DNA of 64,000 nucleotides from Casimicrobiaceae bacterium (GCA_036003195.1 DASYSP010000083.1:46054-110053), one strand, 5' to 3'. Positions 19,195 through 28,801 are shown, counted from the stretch's first letter. Notes: a model not told the origin generated them from the letters alone. Made by a program: numbers and translations.

Positions 19195-20679
19195 TCAGAG
19201 GATCTCGGCCGCGTGATCGGCGAGCCGCGAGCGCTCGCCGCGCATCAGCGTGATGTGCCCCGAATGCGACCAGCCCTTGAAACGGTCCACCACGTAGGTG
19301 AGGCCCGAGCTGCCTTCGGTCAGGTACGGCGTGTCGATCTGCGAGATGTTGCCGAGGCACACGACCTTGGTGCCCGGACCCGCGCGCGTGATCAGCGTCT
19401 TCATCTGCTTCGGCGTCAGGTTCTGCGCCTCGTCGATGATCAGGTACTTGTTGATGAACGTGCGGCCGCGCATGAAGTTGAGGCTCTTCACCTTGATCCG
19501 TGAGCGGATCAGGTCGCGCGTCGCCGCGCGGCCCCATTCTCCCGCCTCGTCGTCGGTCTTGTTGAGCACGTCGAGATTGTCCTCCAGCGCGCCCATCCAG
19601 GGGTTCATCTTCTCCTCCTCCGTGCCGGGCAGGAAGCCGATGTCCTCGCCGACCGGCACGGTGACGCGCGTCATGATGATCTCGGTGTAGACCTTGAACT
19701 CGAGCGTGAGCATCAGCCCGGCGGCGAGCGTCAGCAGCGTCTTGCCGGTGCCGGCCTGACCGAGCAGCGTGACGAAGTCGAGGTCGGGGTTCATCAGCAG
19801 GTTCAGTGCGAAGTTCTGCTCGCGGTTGCGCGCGGTGATGCCCCACACGTTGTTCTTCTGGTGCGTGTAGTCCTTCAGCGTCGAGAGCAGCGCGGTGCGG
19901 CCGGTGATCTCCTTGGCCACCGCGTAGAACGGCTGCTCGCCGGGCTTTTCCTGGTAGAGGAACTCGTTGGTGAGCAGCGACGGCACCAGCGGACCGGTGA
20001 CCCGGTACATCGTGTGGCCGCCCGATTGCCACGATTCCATGCCCTTGCCGTGGCGGTCCCAGAAGTCGTCCGGCAGCGCCTGCATGCCGGGATAGAGGAG
20101 CTCGGTGTCCTCGAGCACCTTGTCGTTGAAATAGTCCTCGGCGGCGATCCCCAGGGCGCGCGCCTTGATGCGCATGTTGATGTCCTTCGACACCAGGATC
20201 ACGCTGCGCGCCGGGTCGCGATCCGCCAGTTCCTTCACCACCGCGAGGATCTGGTTGTCGGCCTTGCCATTGGCGAGCGATGGCGGCAGCACCGTCGAAA
20301 TCGTCTCGGTCTGCAGGTACAGGCGGCCGCTGGCGGCGCCGTGCGACTTTGCGTCCAGCGGGATGCCGCTGGCGATCGCGTCCGCCGATGTACCGGGTTG
20401 CGCCGTGACGAGCTCGTCGAGAAAGCGCGAGGCCTGCCGTGCGTTGCGCGCCACCTCGGTGACGCCTTTCTTGTTGTTGTCGAGCTCCTCGAGCGTGAGG
20501 ATCGGCAGGTAGATGTCGTGTTCCTCGAAGCGGAACAGGCTCGTGGGATCGTGCATCAGCACGTTGGTGTCGAGCACGAACAGCTTGGTGACCGGGGAGG
20601 CGCCGGGACGGGCCGGCTTGCGGGACGAGGCGGACGGGTGCAGCGGGGAGGGTGCGGGGCGCAGCTTGCGTTCTACCAT
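19195..20679 (-). CDS. PhoH-family ATPase with N-terminal PIN domain (YlaK/PhoL-like)
   Basis: FVLDTNVLMHDP (PIN), LVSKDINMRIKA, ARNREQ, GQAGTGKT, RGRT, IIDEAQNLT, GNISQID. Confidence 0.92.
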   Translation of the reverse strand: MVERKLRPAPSPLHPSASSRKPARPGASPVTKLFVLDTNVLMHDPTSLFRFEEHDIYLPILTLEELDNNKKGVTEVARNARQASRFLDELVTAQPGTSADAIASGIPLDAKSHGAASGRLYLQTETISTVLPPSLANGKADNQILAVVKELADRDPARSVILVSKDINMRIKARALGIAAEDYFNDKVLEDTELLYPGMQALPDDFWDRHGKGMESWQSGGHTMYRVTGPLVPSLLTNEFLYQEKPGEQPFYAVAKEITGRTALLSTLKDYTHQKNNVWGITARNREQNFALNLLMNPDLDFVTLLGQAGTGKTLLTLAAGLMLTLEFKVYTEIIMTRVTVPVGEDIGFLPGTEEEKMNPWMGALEDNLDVLNKTDDEAGEWGRAATRDLIRSRIKVKSLNFMRGRTFINKYLIIDEAQNLTPKQMKTLITRAGPGTKVVCLGNISQIDTPYLTEGSSGLTYVVDRFKGWSHSGHITLMRGERSRLADHAAEIL

Positions 20680-20731
20680 GGGCCTCCAGAATCGACGATT
20701 GCGCGGCCGCACGGCCGGCCGCTTCGAGGCA

Positions 20732-20760
20732 ACTCTAGGCGTTAACTTCTGAAGGCACAA
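20732..20760 (-). promoter_or_regulatory. Sigma70 promoter of phoH-family gene
   Basis: Minus strand TTGTGC (20760-20755), 17 nt, TAGAGT (20737-20732) in an AT-rich patch. Confidence 0.6.
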
Positions 20761-20891
20761 GGACTTGTATGCGACCCCCCGTCGCGGCGCCACATTTTGT
20801 GGTGCAAACGGCACAGAAGCGGCGGCGTGCCGGCGCTGGCCCGCCGTCAGCGTGGCGCCGCAAACGCGCGCCTGCGCACGACGACAGCGTC

Positions 20892-21338
20892 CTAGCGTAT
20901 CGCCTCGACCGCCGTCAGCACTTCGTCGGCATGGCCGGGGACCTTGACCCCGCGCCACTCGCGCACGAGGTTGCGCGCGCCGTCGATGAGGAACGTGCTG
21001 CGCTCGATGCCGCGCACCTTCTTGCCGTACATGTTCTTCATCTTGATCACGCCGAACTGCTTGCACAGCACTTCGTCGGGATCCGCGATCAGCTCGAACG
21101 GGAATTCCATCTTCGCCCGCCATTTCTCATGCGAGGCGAGGGTGTCGCGCGACACGCCGACGATGATCGCGCCGGCCTTGCGGAATTTCGCGTGGCGGTC
21201 GCGGAAATCGGCGCCCTCCGTCGTGCAGCCGGGCGTGTTGTCGCGGGGATAGAAATACAGCACGACCGTCTCGCCCTTGTGGGCGGAAAGCTTGAACGTG
21301 CCGGCGGTGGAGACTGCGCTGAAGTCGTCGATTTTCAT
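20892..21338 (-). CDS. bcp: Peroxiredoxin BCP/PrxQ
   Basis: VLYFYPRDNTPGCTTE, GVSRD...SH, IERSTFLID, VKVPGH. Confidence 0.92.
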   Translation of the reverse strand: MKIDDFSAVSTAGTFKLSAHKGETVVLYFYPRDNTPGCTTEGADFRDRHAKFRKAGAIIVGVSRDTLASHEKWRAKMEFPFELIADPDEVLCKQFGVIKMKNMYGKKVRGIERSTFLIDGARNLVREWRGVKVPGHADEVLTAVEAIR

Positions 21339-22300
21339 CGGATGTCCACGGTTTCGTCCGCGCGCGGCGCGGGCGCCGCGTCGCGGTCGCAATCGGCGAG
21401 GAATTCCTCGCCCTGGAGGAGCAGCGTGCCGCTGCGCCCGGCAACCGCGCCCGGCGCGACGCTGCAGCGGGGGAGCGCCATCGGCTCGAGCGCATCGTAC
21501 AGCGCGCGTACCGGCACGAGGTCGTAACCCTGTGCGCGCCAGCCGGTGAGCAGCGTCGCCAGCACCGGCGCGAACTTCATGCCCTCGAGCTCAGCGTGCA
21601 GCGTGAACACCTGATCCGACGTGGCGGCGGACGTGCGCGCGAGCACACGCACGGCGACGTTGTCGGCGGTGGCGCCGTCGAGCCCGATCAGCTCGTCGAG
21701 CGTGGGCAGCGTCGTCGGCAACTGCGGGCAGCGGATCAGCTCGGCGTTCCACACCGGGAGGTGCGGCGCGCGCCCGCGGCCGTCGGAGCAATAGTCGAAG
21801 CCGAGCGACTGGGTGAGGCGCAGCGCGTGCACGTTCATCTGCCAGCCCGCGGCGCCATGGGTTCGCGGCGGCTCGCCGAACACTTCGCGGAAGCGCGCCA
21901 CCGCCTTGTCCATTTCGCGCGCGGTCCAGCGCGCGTCGTGATGCATCACGCCATCCTGCCAGCGCACGTGATCGAAGCAATGGATGCCGCATTCGAAGCC
22001 CTGGTCGCGCACGCCGCGCATGATGCGCGCGCCGCGCGCGCCGATGTCGGGACCCGGCAGCAGCGTGCCGTTGAGCAGCGTGCGCATCCCGTAGTGCGAC
22101 ACCACGCTGGTGCGCTTGACCTTGCCGAAGAAGCCGGGTCGAAATGCGCGCTTGATCGCACGCCCCGTGTGGTCGGGCCCCAGGCTCCACAGGAACGTCG
22201 CGCCGGCGCCGTGGCGGCGGAACAGGTCGACGAGCCGCGGCACGCCGTCGCGGGTGCCGCGCCAGGTGTCGACGTCGACCTTGAGGGCGAGCAGCGGCAT
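21335..22300 (-). CDS. arnD: 4-deoxy-4-formamido-L-arabinose-phosphoundecaprenol deformylase (polysaccharide deacetylase fold)
   Basis: ALKVDVDTWRGTRDGVP, GPDHTGRA, GIHCFDH..WQD, LPTTLPTLDE, FTLHAELEG; arn context. Confidence 0.85.
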   Translation of the reverse strand: MPLLALKVDVDTWRGTRDGVPRLVDLFRRHGAGATFLWSLGPDHTGRAIKRAFRPGFFGKVKRTSVVSHYGMRTLLNGTLLPGPDIGARGARIMRGVRDQGFECGIHCFDHVRWQDGVMHHDARWTAREMDKAVARFREVFGEPPRTHGAAGWQMNVHALRLTQSLGFDYCSDGRGRAPHLPVWNAELIRCPQLPTTLPTLDELIGLDGATADNVAVRVLARTSAATSDQVFTLHAELEGMKFAPVLATLLTGWRAQGYDLVPVRALYDALEPMALPRCSVAPGAVAGRSGTLLLQGEEFLADCDRDAAPAPRADETVDIR

Positions 22301-22338
22301 TCGGGTATCGGTCTGTGATGGCGCGCCGCGGCAGCGCG

Positions 22339-23382
22339 TCAGTCGACGAGCGCGCGCGCGCTCGCCACGTGGCCGCGGTAGGCGTCGAAGATGCGGCGCA
22401 GCGCGACATCCATCGCCACCTCGGGTGCCCAGTCGAGGTCGCGCATCGTGTTGTCGATCTTCGGCACACGCGTCTGCACGTCCTGGTAGCCCTCGCCGTA
22501 GTACGCGGCGGCGGTGGTCTCGTCCAGCGTAACGGCGCGCGCGTTGTCGCGGTACTCGGGGTACTCGCGCGCCAGTTCCAGCATCATCGTCGCCAGTTCG
22601 CGCACCGAAAAGTCGTTCGCGGGGTTGCCGACGTTGTAGATCTTGCCGCTGGCGACACCGCCGCGGTTGGCGATGATGGCCATCAGCGCCGACACGCCGT
22701 CGTCGATATACGTGAACGCCCGCCGCTGCGTGCCGCCGTCGACCAGCTTGATCGGCTCGCCGCGCACGATGTGGCCGAGGAACTGGGTGATGACGCGCGA
22801 GCTGCCTTCCTTCGCGGTATTGATCGAGTCGAGGCCCGAGCCGATCCAGTTGAACGGCCGGAACAGCGTGTAGTCGAGGCCCTGCTCGAAACCGTAGGCA
22901 TGGATGACGCGGTCCAGCAGCTGCTTGGCGCACGCGTAGATCCAGCGCGGCTTGTTGATCGGGCCCATCACGAGGTTGGAGCCTTCCGAGTCGAACTCGG
23001 CGTCGGCGCACATGCCGTACACCTCGGACGTCGACGGGAAAACCAGGTGCTTGTGGTAGCGCACCGCGGCACGCACGATCGGCAGGTTGGCCTCGAAGTC
23101 GAGCTCGAACACGCGCAGCGGCTCGCGCACGTAGGTCGCCGGCGTGGCGATGGCCACCAGCGGCAGCACGACGTCGCATTTCTTGACGTGGTACTCGATC
23201 CATTCGCGGTTGATCGTGATGTCGCCCTCGAAGAAGTGAAAGCGCGGCTCGCCCATCAGGTCGTCGAGGCGGTCGACCTGCATGTCCATGCCGAAGATCT
23301 CCCAGTCGGTCTGGTCGATGATCGCGCGCGACAGGTGATGGCCGATGAAGCCGTTAACGCCGAGGATGAGGACGCGTTTCAT
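22339..23382 (-). CDS. UDP-glucuronate oxidase/decarboxylase (stand-alone ArnA C-terminal domain; UDP-4-keto-pentose/UDP-xylose synthase type)
   Basis: GVNGFIGHHL, FPSTSEVYG, RWIYACAKQ (YxxxK), RPFNWIG, SSRVITQF, QRRAFTYI.DG. Confidence 0.92.
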   Translation of the reverse strand: MKRVLILGVNGFIGHHLSRAIIDQTDWEIFGMDMQVDRLDDLMGEPRFHFFEGDITINREWIEYHVKKCDVVLPLVAIATPATYVREPLRVFELDFEANLPIVRAAVRYHKHLVFPSTSEVYGMCADAEFDSEGSNLVMGPINKPRWIYACAKQLLDRVIHAYGFEQGLDYTLFRPFNWIGSGLDSINTAKEGSSRVITQFLGHIVRGEPIKLVDGGTQRRAFTYIDDGVSALMAIIANRGGVASGKIYNVGNPANDFSVRELATMMLELAREYPEYRDNARAVTLDETTAAAYYGEGYQDVQTRVPKIDNTMRDLDWAPEVAMDVALRRIFDAYRGHVASARALVD

Positions 23383-23472
23383 GAGGGTGGAACCCCGCTG
23401 CGGATGGCCGCCATTCTACCGGTGCGGCGGCGACGCCGATCAGCCGCGGCGTCGGCGGCGAACAGGTCCGCG

Positions 23473-24396
23473 TCAGTCGGCCGTCGCGAGGAGGGCAGCG
23501 ACGCCGCGGGCGTCGACGCGCCGGCCGCCGTGCTCCGCCTCGAGCACGGCGACGCCGGCACCGTCGCCGCAACGCGCGTACACGCAATCGCCGGCGACAT
23601 ACAGACCGGTCGTGTCGGGTGCATCGGGAGGGTCGCGTGCGAGCCGTCGCGTGCGCAATATGCGTAGCCGTCCGCCCGGCAGATCGACGAACGCGCCCGG
23701 GTAAGGCGGCGCCACCGCGCGCACGAGGTCGTGCACGCGCCGCGCCGGCCACCTGAAGTCGATGCGCCCGTCCTCGGCCGTGCGCCCGCCGAAATAGGAG
23801 CCGGCCGCAATGTCGTTGGCGACGCGCGGCGCGCGTCCGTCCACCAGCGCCGGCAGCACTTCGTCGAGCAGCCCGGCGGCCGCGACCGTCACTTTGTCCA
23901 TCACTTCGCGCGCCGTGTCGTCCGGTCCGATCGGTACCGCGCGCCGGGCGACGATATCGCCGGCATCGGGTTTCGCCGCCATGTAGTGCAGCGTGGCGCC
24001 GGTCTCGGTCTCGCCGTTGAGCACTGCCCAGTTGACCGGTGCGCGGCCGCGGTAGCGCGGCAGCAGCGAGCCGTGCATGTTGAGGGCGCCGCGCCGCGCG
24101 GTGGCGAGCAACGCCGGCGCCAGCATCCGGCGGTAATAGAAGCTGAAGATGAAGTCCGGCGCGAGCGTCGCGATGCGCGCGACGAATGCCGGAGTGTTGG
24201 GGTCATCCGGGGCCGCCGTGTCGAGACCGAGGCCCGCGGCGACGTCGGCGACGCGCGCGAACCATAGCGTTTCACTAGGATCGTCGTGGTGGGTGACGAC
24301 CAGCGGAATGTCGATACCGTGGCGTACGAGCACGCGCAGGCACGCGGCGCCGACGTCGTGATAGGCGAAGACGACCGCGCGCGCAGGCACCGTCAC
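23473..24396 (-). CDS. UDP-L-Ara4N formyltransferase (stand-alone ArnA N-terminal domain)
   Basis: VVFAYH.VG, PDFIFSFYYR.ML, NMHGSLLPRYRGRAP.NWAV..GE..TG.TLH.M...DAGDI, PPYPGAF. Confidence 0.92.
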   Translation of the reverse strand: MTVPARAVVFAYHDVGAACLRVLVRHGIDIPLVVTHHDDPSETLWFARVADVAAGLGLDTAAPDDPNTPAFVARIATLAPDFIFSFYYRRMLAPALLATARRGALNMHGSLLPRYRGRAPVNWAVLNGETETGATLHYMAAKPDAGDIVARRAVPIGPDDTAREVMDKVTVAAAGLLDEVLPALVDGRAPRVANDIAAGSYFGGRTAEDGRIDFRWPARRVHDLVRAVAPPYPGAFVDLPGGRLRILRTRRLARDPPDAPDTTGLYVAGDCVYARCGDGAGVAVLEAEHGGRRVDARGVAALLATAD

Positions 24397-24400
24397 GCCG

Positions 24401-25360
24401 TCAGCGCGGATCGGTGTCGCGCTCGATCACGCTCTTCACGCGGTAGCGCGGGCGCTCGCGCACCTGCTGGTAGATGCGGCCCACGTATTCGCCGACGATG
24501 CCGAGGCCGAACAGCACGATGCCGATGAGGAAGAACGCCAGGATGTCGCGGTCCCACAGTCCGGCGACGCCGCCGTCGAGGTCGCCCTTGGCCGCGCGCT
24601 CGGCGATGTAGACGACGTAGAGCACCACCGAGCCGATCGACACCAGCATGCCCAGCAGCGAGAACAGCTGCAGGGGCACCACCGAGAACCCGGTGACGAG
24701 GTCGAAGTTGAGGCGCACCAGCCGGTACAGCGAGTACTTCGATTCGCCGGCGGCGCGCTCGGCATGCGCGACCTCGACTTCGGCCGGGTGCAGCGCGAAC
24801 GTGTACGCGAGCGCCGGGATGAACGTGTTCACCTCCGGGCTCGCCACCACGGCATCGGCGATTTCGCGGCTGTACGCGCGCAGCATGCAGCCCTGGTCGG
24901 TCATCTTGATGTGGGTGATGCGCTCGCGCAGCCGGTTCATCGCGCGCGATGCCACGCGCCGCCACCAGGCATCGTGGCGCGACGTGCGCACGCCGCCCAC
25001 GTAGTCGGCGCCGGCATCCATCGCCGCGAGCAGCCGCGCGATCTCCTCGGGCGGATTCTGCAGGTCGGCATCGAGCGTGACCACGCGCTCGCCGCGCACG
25101 CGCTCGAAGCCGGCAACGATGGCCATGTGCTGGCCGTAATTGGCGGAGAAGTTGACCACGCGCGTGACGTCCGGCCGGGCGTCGAACTGGGCCCTCAGCA
25201 GCGCCGCCGAGCGGTCACGGCTGCCGTCGTTGACGAAGATGACCTCGTAGCGGATGCCGAGCGCATCGAGCGCCGGATAGAGGCGCGCGAACAGCACGCC
25301 CAGCCCGGCCTCCTCGTTGAAGACGGGAATGACGACGGACAGTTGCGGCGTGGCGCTCAT
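24401..25360 (-). CDS. arnC: Undecaprenyl-phosphate 4-deoxy-4-formamido-L-arabinose transferase
   Basis: SVVIPVFNEE, NDGSRD, NYGQH.AI.AGF, TLDADLQNPPEEI, MTDQGCMLRAY, EYVGRIY. Confidence 0.88.
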   Translation of the reverse strand: MSATPQLSVVIPVFNEEAGLGVLFARLYPALDALGIRYEVIFVNDGSRDRSAALLRAQFDARPDVTRVVNFSANYGQHMAIVAGFERVRGERVVTLDADLQNPPEEIARLLAAMDAGADYVGGVRTSRHDAWWRRVASRAMNRLRERITHIKMTDQGCMLRAYSREIADAVVASPEVNTFIPALAYTFALHPAEVEVAHAERAAGESKYSLYRLVRLNFDLVTGFSVVPLQLFSLLGMLVSIGSVVLYVVYIAERAAKGDLDGGVAGLWDRDILAFFLIGIVLFGLGIVGEYVGRIYQQVRERPRYRVKSVIERDTDPR

Positions 25361-26493
25361 GGGCGGCTGGCGCGGAGGATCTCGGCGCACGCGTCGCAGA
25401 CGCGGTCGACGTCGGCCGCGCTCATCCGCGTGTGCAGCGGTAATGTAACGGTTTCGCGGGCGATCCGTTCACTGACGGGAAACTGACCGTCGCGCCCGCC
25501 GAGCGCGCGTCCCAGCGTGGTCAGGTGCGACGCTTCGTAGGACACGCCGCTGCCGATGCCGCGCGCCTCCAGCGCGTCGCGGAACCCGCGACGGTCGAGA
25601 CCGGGACGGGCGAGCGGCAGCAGGATGTTCCACATGTTCCAGGTCTGGCCGTCGGCGGCGGCAGGCTCGGGCGGCAGCACGCACCCGAGGTCGCGCGGAA
25701 AGCGGGCGAAGTAGCGCTCGGCAAGCGCGCGGCGGGTCGCCAGGAAGCGCGGCAGCTGCGCGAGCTGCGCCACCCCGATCCTTGCGCTGACGTCGGCCAT
25801 GTTGAACTTGCCGCTCGCCTGCGCAACGTCGCGCGTGCGGTCGGCGAGCACGCGGATGCCATGGAAGCGCAGGGCCTCCGCATGCGCCGCTTCCGCGGCA
25901 TCGTTCACCACCAGCGCGCCACCCTCGATCGACGTCATGTTCTTGTTGGGGTGGAAGCTGAACACTGCCAGGTCGCCGAACGCGCCGACGTTGCGGCCGC
26001 GCCACTGCGAGCCCTGCACCAGCGCCGCATCCTCGATCACGCGCAGGTTGCGCCGCCGGGCCAACGCATGGAGCGCGTCGAGGTCGGGCAGCGAGCCGGG
26101 CCAATAGGTCGGCAGGATCGCCCGGGTGCGCGGCGTGATCGCCGCCTCGATCGCGGCGAGGTCGACGTTGCGCGTGACGAGGTCGCAGTCGACGAACACC
26201 GGCACCGCCCCGGCGCGCACGATCATGTTCATCGACGTGAAGAACGTCTGCGTCGGCGTGATCACCTCGTCGCCGGGCTTGATGCCGGCCACCGCGAGCG
26301 CGATTTCGATCGCCGCGGTGGCGGAGGTGACGACGCGCACCGGACGGCCGCCGAAGCAGTCGGAAAGTGCGGCTTCGAACGATTTCACCCAGGGACCGCT
26401 CGCCAGCTGGCCCGAGGCGAGCACGTCGGCCACGCCCGCGATGGTCGCCGCGTCGAGGTCCGGCCCGGCGAACTTGAGATACGGCAGGCTCAT
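25357..26493 (-). CDS. arnB: DegT/DnrJ-family aminotransferase (UDP-4-amino-4-deoxy-L-arabinose transaminase)
   Basis: IEDAA, FSFHPNKNMTSIEGG (PLP Lys), KFNMADVSA, TLPLH; arn context. Confidence 0.88.
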   Translation of the reverse strand: MSLPYLKFAGPDLDAATIAGVADVLASGQLASGPWVKSFEAALSDCFGGRPVRVVTSATAAIEIALAVAGIKPGDEVITPTQTFFTSMNMIVRAGAVPVFVDCDLVTRNVDLAAIEAAITPRTRAILPTYWPGSLPDLDALHALARRRNLRVIEDAALVQGSQWRGRNVGAFGDLAVFSFHPNKNMTSIEGGALVVNDAAEAAHAEALRFHGIRVLADRTRDVAQASGKFNMADVSARIGVAQLAQLPRFLATRRALAERYFARFPRDLGCVLPPEPAAADGQTWNMWNILLPLARPGLDRRGFRDALEARGIGSGVSYEASHLTTLGRALGGRDGQFPVSERIARETVTLPLHTRMSAADVDRVCDACAEILRASRP

Positions 26494-26548
26494 CGCCGTC
26501 GCGCGCTGCGCCCGCGAGCGCCCGTGCGCGCAACACCGGCGCGCGTGC

Positions 26549-26932
26549 TCATGCCGGCCGCGCGATCAGAAAAACGCCGGCGACCACGAGGCCGATGCCG
26601 AGCCAGCGCATCATCGTGACGGCCTCGCCGAAGAGGTAGTGCGCCGCGATCGCGTTGACGATGTAGCCGAGCGACAGCAGTGGATAGGCGATCGATACCG
26701 GCACGCGCGACAATCCCATGATCCATACGATGAGACTTACGCCGTAGCACGCCACACCGATGATGAACGGCCCGGTATGGGCCATGCGCCACAGCATGGT
26801 CCACCAGTTGTCGCGCGTCAGCGTGATGACGCCGAGCGCGTTGGTGCCTGCCTTGAGCAGCAGCTGGGCACCGGCGTTGAGCAGCACGCCGGTGAACAGG
26901 AACGCGAAGGCGGATGCACTCAGGGCTTGCAT
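26549..26932 (-). CDS. SMR/EamA flippase subunit (ArnE/F, ArnG-like)
   Basis: GVLLNAGAQLLLKAG, WI.GLSRVPVSIAYPLLSLGY, LFGE; immediately downstream of arnT. Confidence 0.85.
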   Translation of the reverse strand: MQALSASAFAFLFTGVLLNAGAQLLLKAGTNALGVITLTRDNWWTMLWRMAHTGPFIIGVACYGVSLIVWIMGLSRVPVSIAYPLLSLGYIVNAIAAHYLFGEAVTMMRWLGIGLVVAGVFLIARPA

Positions 26933-28626
26933 CAGCGCCTCGCCACGAATATGCGCCGCGGGTCGCGCGCCAGCACGTGCATCGGCACGCCCTGCGCCAG
27001 CAGAAAGTCATACGTGTCGTGCTTCATCAGTGCGTAGCCTTGAGGCAGCGCTTTCCAGTCGCGGATCCAGCGCGGGTACTTGGGGTACGCCTTCTTCGGC
27101 TCGGCGTCGAGGCCGAGCGCCAGCTCGTCGCGGAAATCGACGATCGTCGTCGTGCGCCCGAGATAGTACGGGAAAGTCTGGTCGTACGTGCCGACCTGGA
27201 ACACCGGGGCGGCCGGGTCGATGCGCTCGCCAGGAGGCAGGTTGCCCAGTGCGCGCAGCATGCCTGCGGTCGACCGGGTCGGCGCGAACACCTCGTGGCC
27301 GATGAACGCGAACTGGAAGCCGACGAGGCTGAAGCAGGCCGCCATGGCGATGCCGAACACCTTGGCGCGCTCGGTGCCGAAGCGCATCGCGACGTTGGTG
27401 ATCAGCGCCCCCAGCGTGAACACGACGCCGGCCTTGACCAGCCAGGGATGGTAGGCGACGAACAGCTCGGCGGGCGTTTCGGCGGACGCCAGGCGCGCCA
27501 CGACGGTGTGGTAACCGAACAGGACGAGCAACAGGAACGCCGCCGACAGCACGAGCTGCGGCAGCGACAGCCACCACAGCGTGCGCGGGCGCATGCGCTC
27601 GAGCTCGCGCCCCAGCAGCATCGCGATGGCCGGGAACTCCGGCAGGATGTACGACGGCAGCTTCGACCCCGACAAGCTGAAGAACACGAACACGACCAGC
27701 GCCCAGACCATGCAGAATCGTCCCCAGTCGAAGCCGTTGGCGTCGCGCGTGCTGTCGCGCCAGCTCGGCACGAACGTCGCCGCCCAGACGAACAACCACG
27801 GCATCACGCCGAAGCCGAATATCGGCACGAAGTACCAGATCGGACCTGACCGGTGGTGCTCGGTGGTGAGGAAGCGCTCGACGTGCTCGTGGATGAAGAA
27901 GAACTCGGCGAACTCGGGGTTGGCGCGCGACACCAGCACGAACCACGGCGCGGTCAGCGCGAAGTAGAGGGCCAGCCCGGGCAACAGGTGCAGGCGCCGC
28001 CAAGGGCCGAAATCGCGCGCCGCGAGCGAGTAGCCGATCAGGGCGCCCCCGGCGATGACCAGCGCGACCGGCCCCTTGGTCAGCGTCGCCGCGGCGAGTG
28101 CGGCGTACGTCAGCAACATGAAGTTGCGCGACGATGACAGCCGCAGCGAGGCCTGCTGCGCGCGCAGGAATGCGCACATCGCGAGCGTCAGCCAACCGGT
28201 GAAGAACGCGTCCAGCGAGGCGAAGTGCGACATGCCGATCGACATGACGAAGCTCGCCATCACCAGCGACGCCAGCGCGCCCGCGAGCGGCGTCGCCAAT
28301 GCGCCGAGCGTCACGCCGACGGCGATGATCGACATGAAGCCGCCGGCCGCCGGCGCGAGCCGCGTCGTCCATTCGTCGGTCTCGAGCAGGCGGTACGCTG
28401 CCGCGGTGAACCAGTACTGCAGCGGCGGCTTCTCGAAGTACTTGAGGCCATTGAGGCGCGGCGTCAGCCAGTCGCCGGTGACGGCCATCTCGCGCGCGAT
28501 TTCCGCGTAGCGACCCTCGTCAGGATGCTCGAGGACGCGCGTGTCCAGCGCGGCGAACCACGCGAATGAAAGGAAGGCCGCGATGACGAGCCACGCGGTC
28601 CGCGACAGGGCAGGGGGAAATTGCAA
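26932..28626 (-). CDS. arnT: 4-amino-4-deoxy-L-arabinose transferase (GT83/ArnT)
   Basis: PDEGRYAEIAREM...GDW.TPRLNG..YFEKPPL, TKGPVAL, FFFIHEH..RF, SGSKLPSYILP. Confidence 0.9.
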   Translation of the reverse strand: MQFPPALSRTAWLVIAAFLSFAWFAALDTRVLEHPDEGRYAEIAREMAVTGDWLTPRLNGLKYFEKPPLQYWFTAAAYRLLETDEWTTRLAPAAGGFMSIIAVGVTLGALATPLAGALASLVMASFVMSIGMSHFASLDAFFTGWLTLAMCAFLRAQQASLRLSSSRNFMLLTYAALAAATLTKGPVALVIAGGALIGYSLAARDFGPWRRLHLLPGLALYFALTAPWFVLVSRANPEFAEFFFIHEHVERFLTTEHHRSGPIWYFVPIFGFGVMPWLFVWAATFVPSWRDSTRDANGFDWGRFCMVWALVVFVFFSLSGSKLPSYILPEFPAIAMLLGRELERMRPRTLWWLSLPQLVLSAAFLLLVLFGYHTVVARLASAETPAELFVAYHPWLVKAGVVFTLGALITNVAMRFGTERAKVFGIAMAACFSLVGFQFAFIGHEVFAPTRSTAGMLRALGNLPPGERIDPAAPVFQVGTYDQTFPYYLGRTTTIVDFRDELALGLDAEPKKAYPKYPRWIRDWKALPQGYALMKHDTYDFLLAQGVPMHVLARDPRRIFVARR

Positions 28627-28801
28627 CGTGATCCAGGCGGAGCGTGCCAGATTCTAGCGCGACGCACCGTCCGGACGCGCGCCTTGTTATCCATTGCGTC
28701 GTGGTGCATCCGTGGCTCGGCTTGCCGCGCGTCCCGCCCGGCAAGTACCATGGCGCACTTGCCACGCTTCGCCGCCGCGCCCGACGCCGGCGCCCTGGTC
28801 G

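Noticed and set aside
19195..20679. PIN-PhoH as a toxin-antitoxin module
   Set aside because: No small antitoxin gene upstream; architecture and position beside bcp fit the housekeeping YlaK/PhoL type.
22339..24396. Split arnA as a frameshifted pseudogene
   Set aside because: Both halves are complete ORFs with their own starts and stops and a 90-bp spacer, matching the known two-gene arrangement.
28687..28695. DnaA-box-like TTATCCATT between arnT and cysS
   Set aside because: Two mismatches to TTATCCACA and isolated; no box cluster suggesting an origin.
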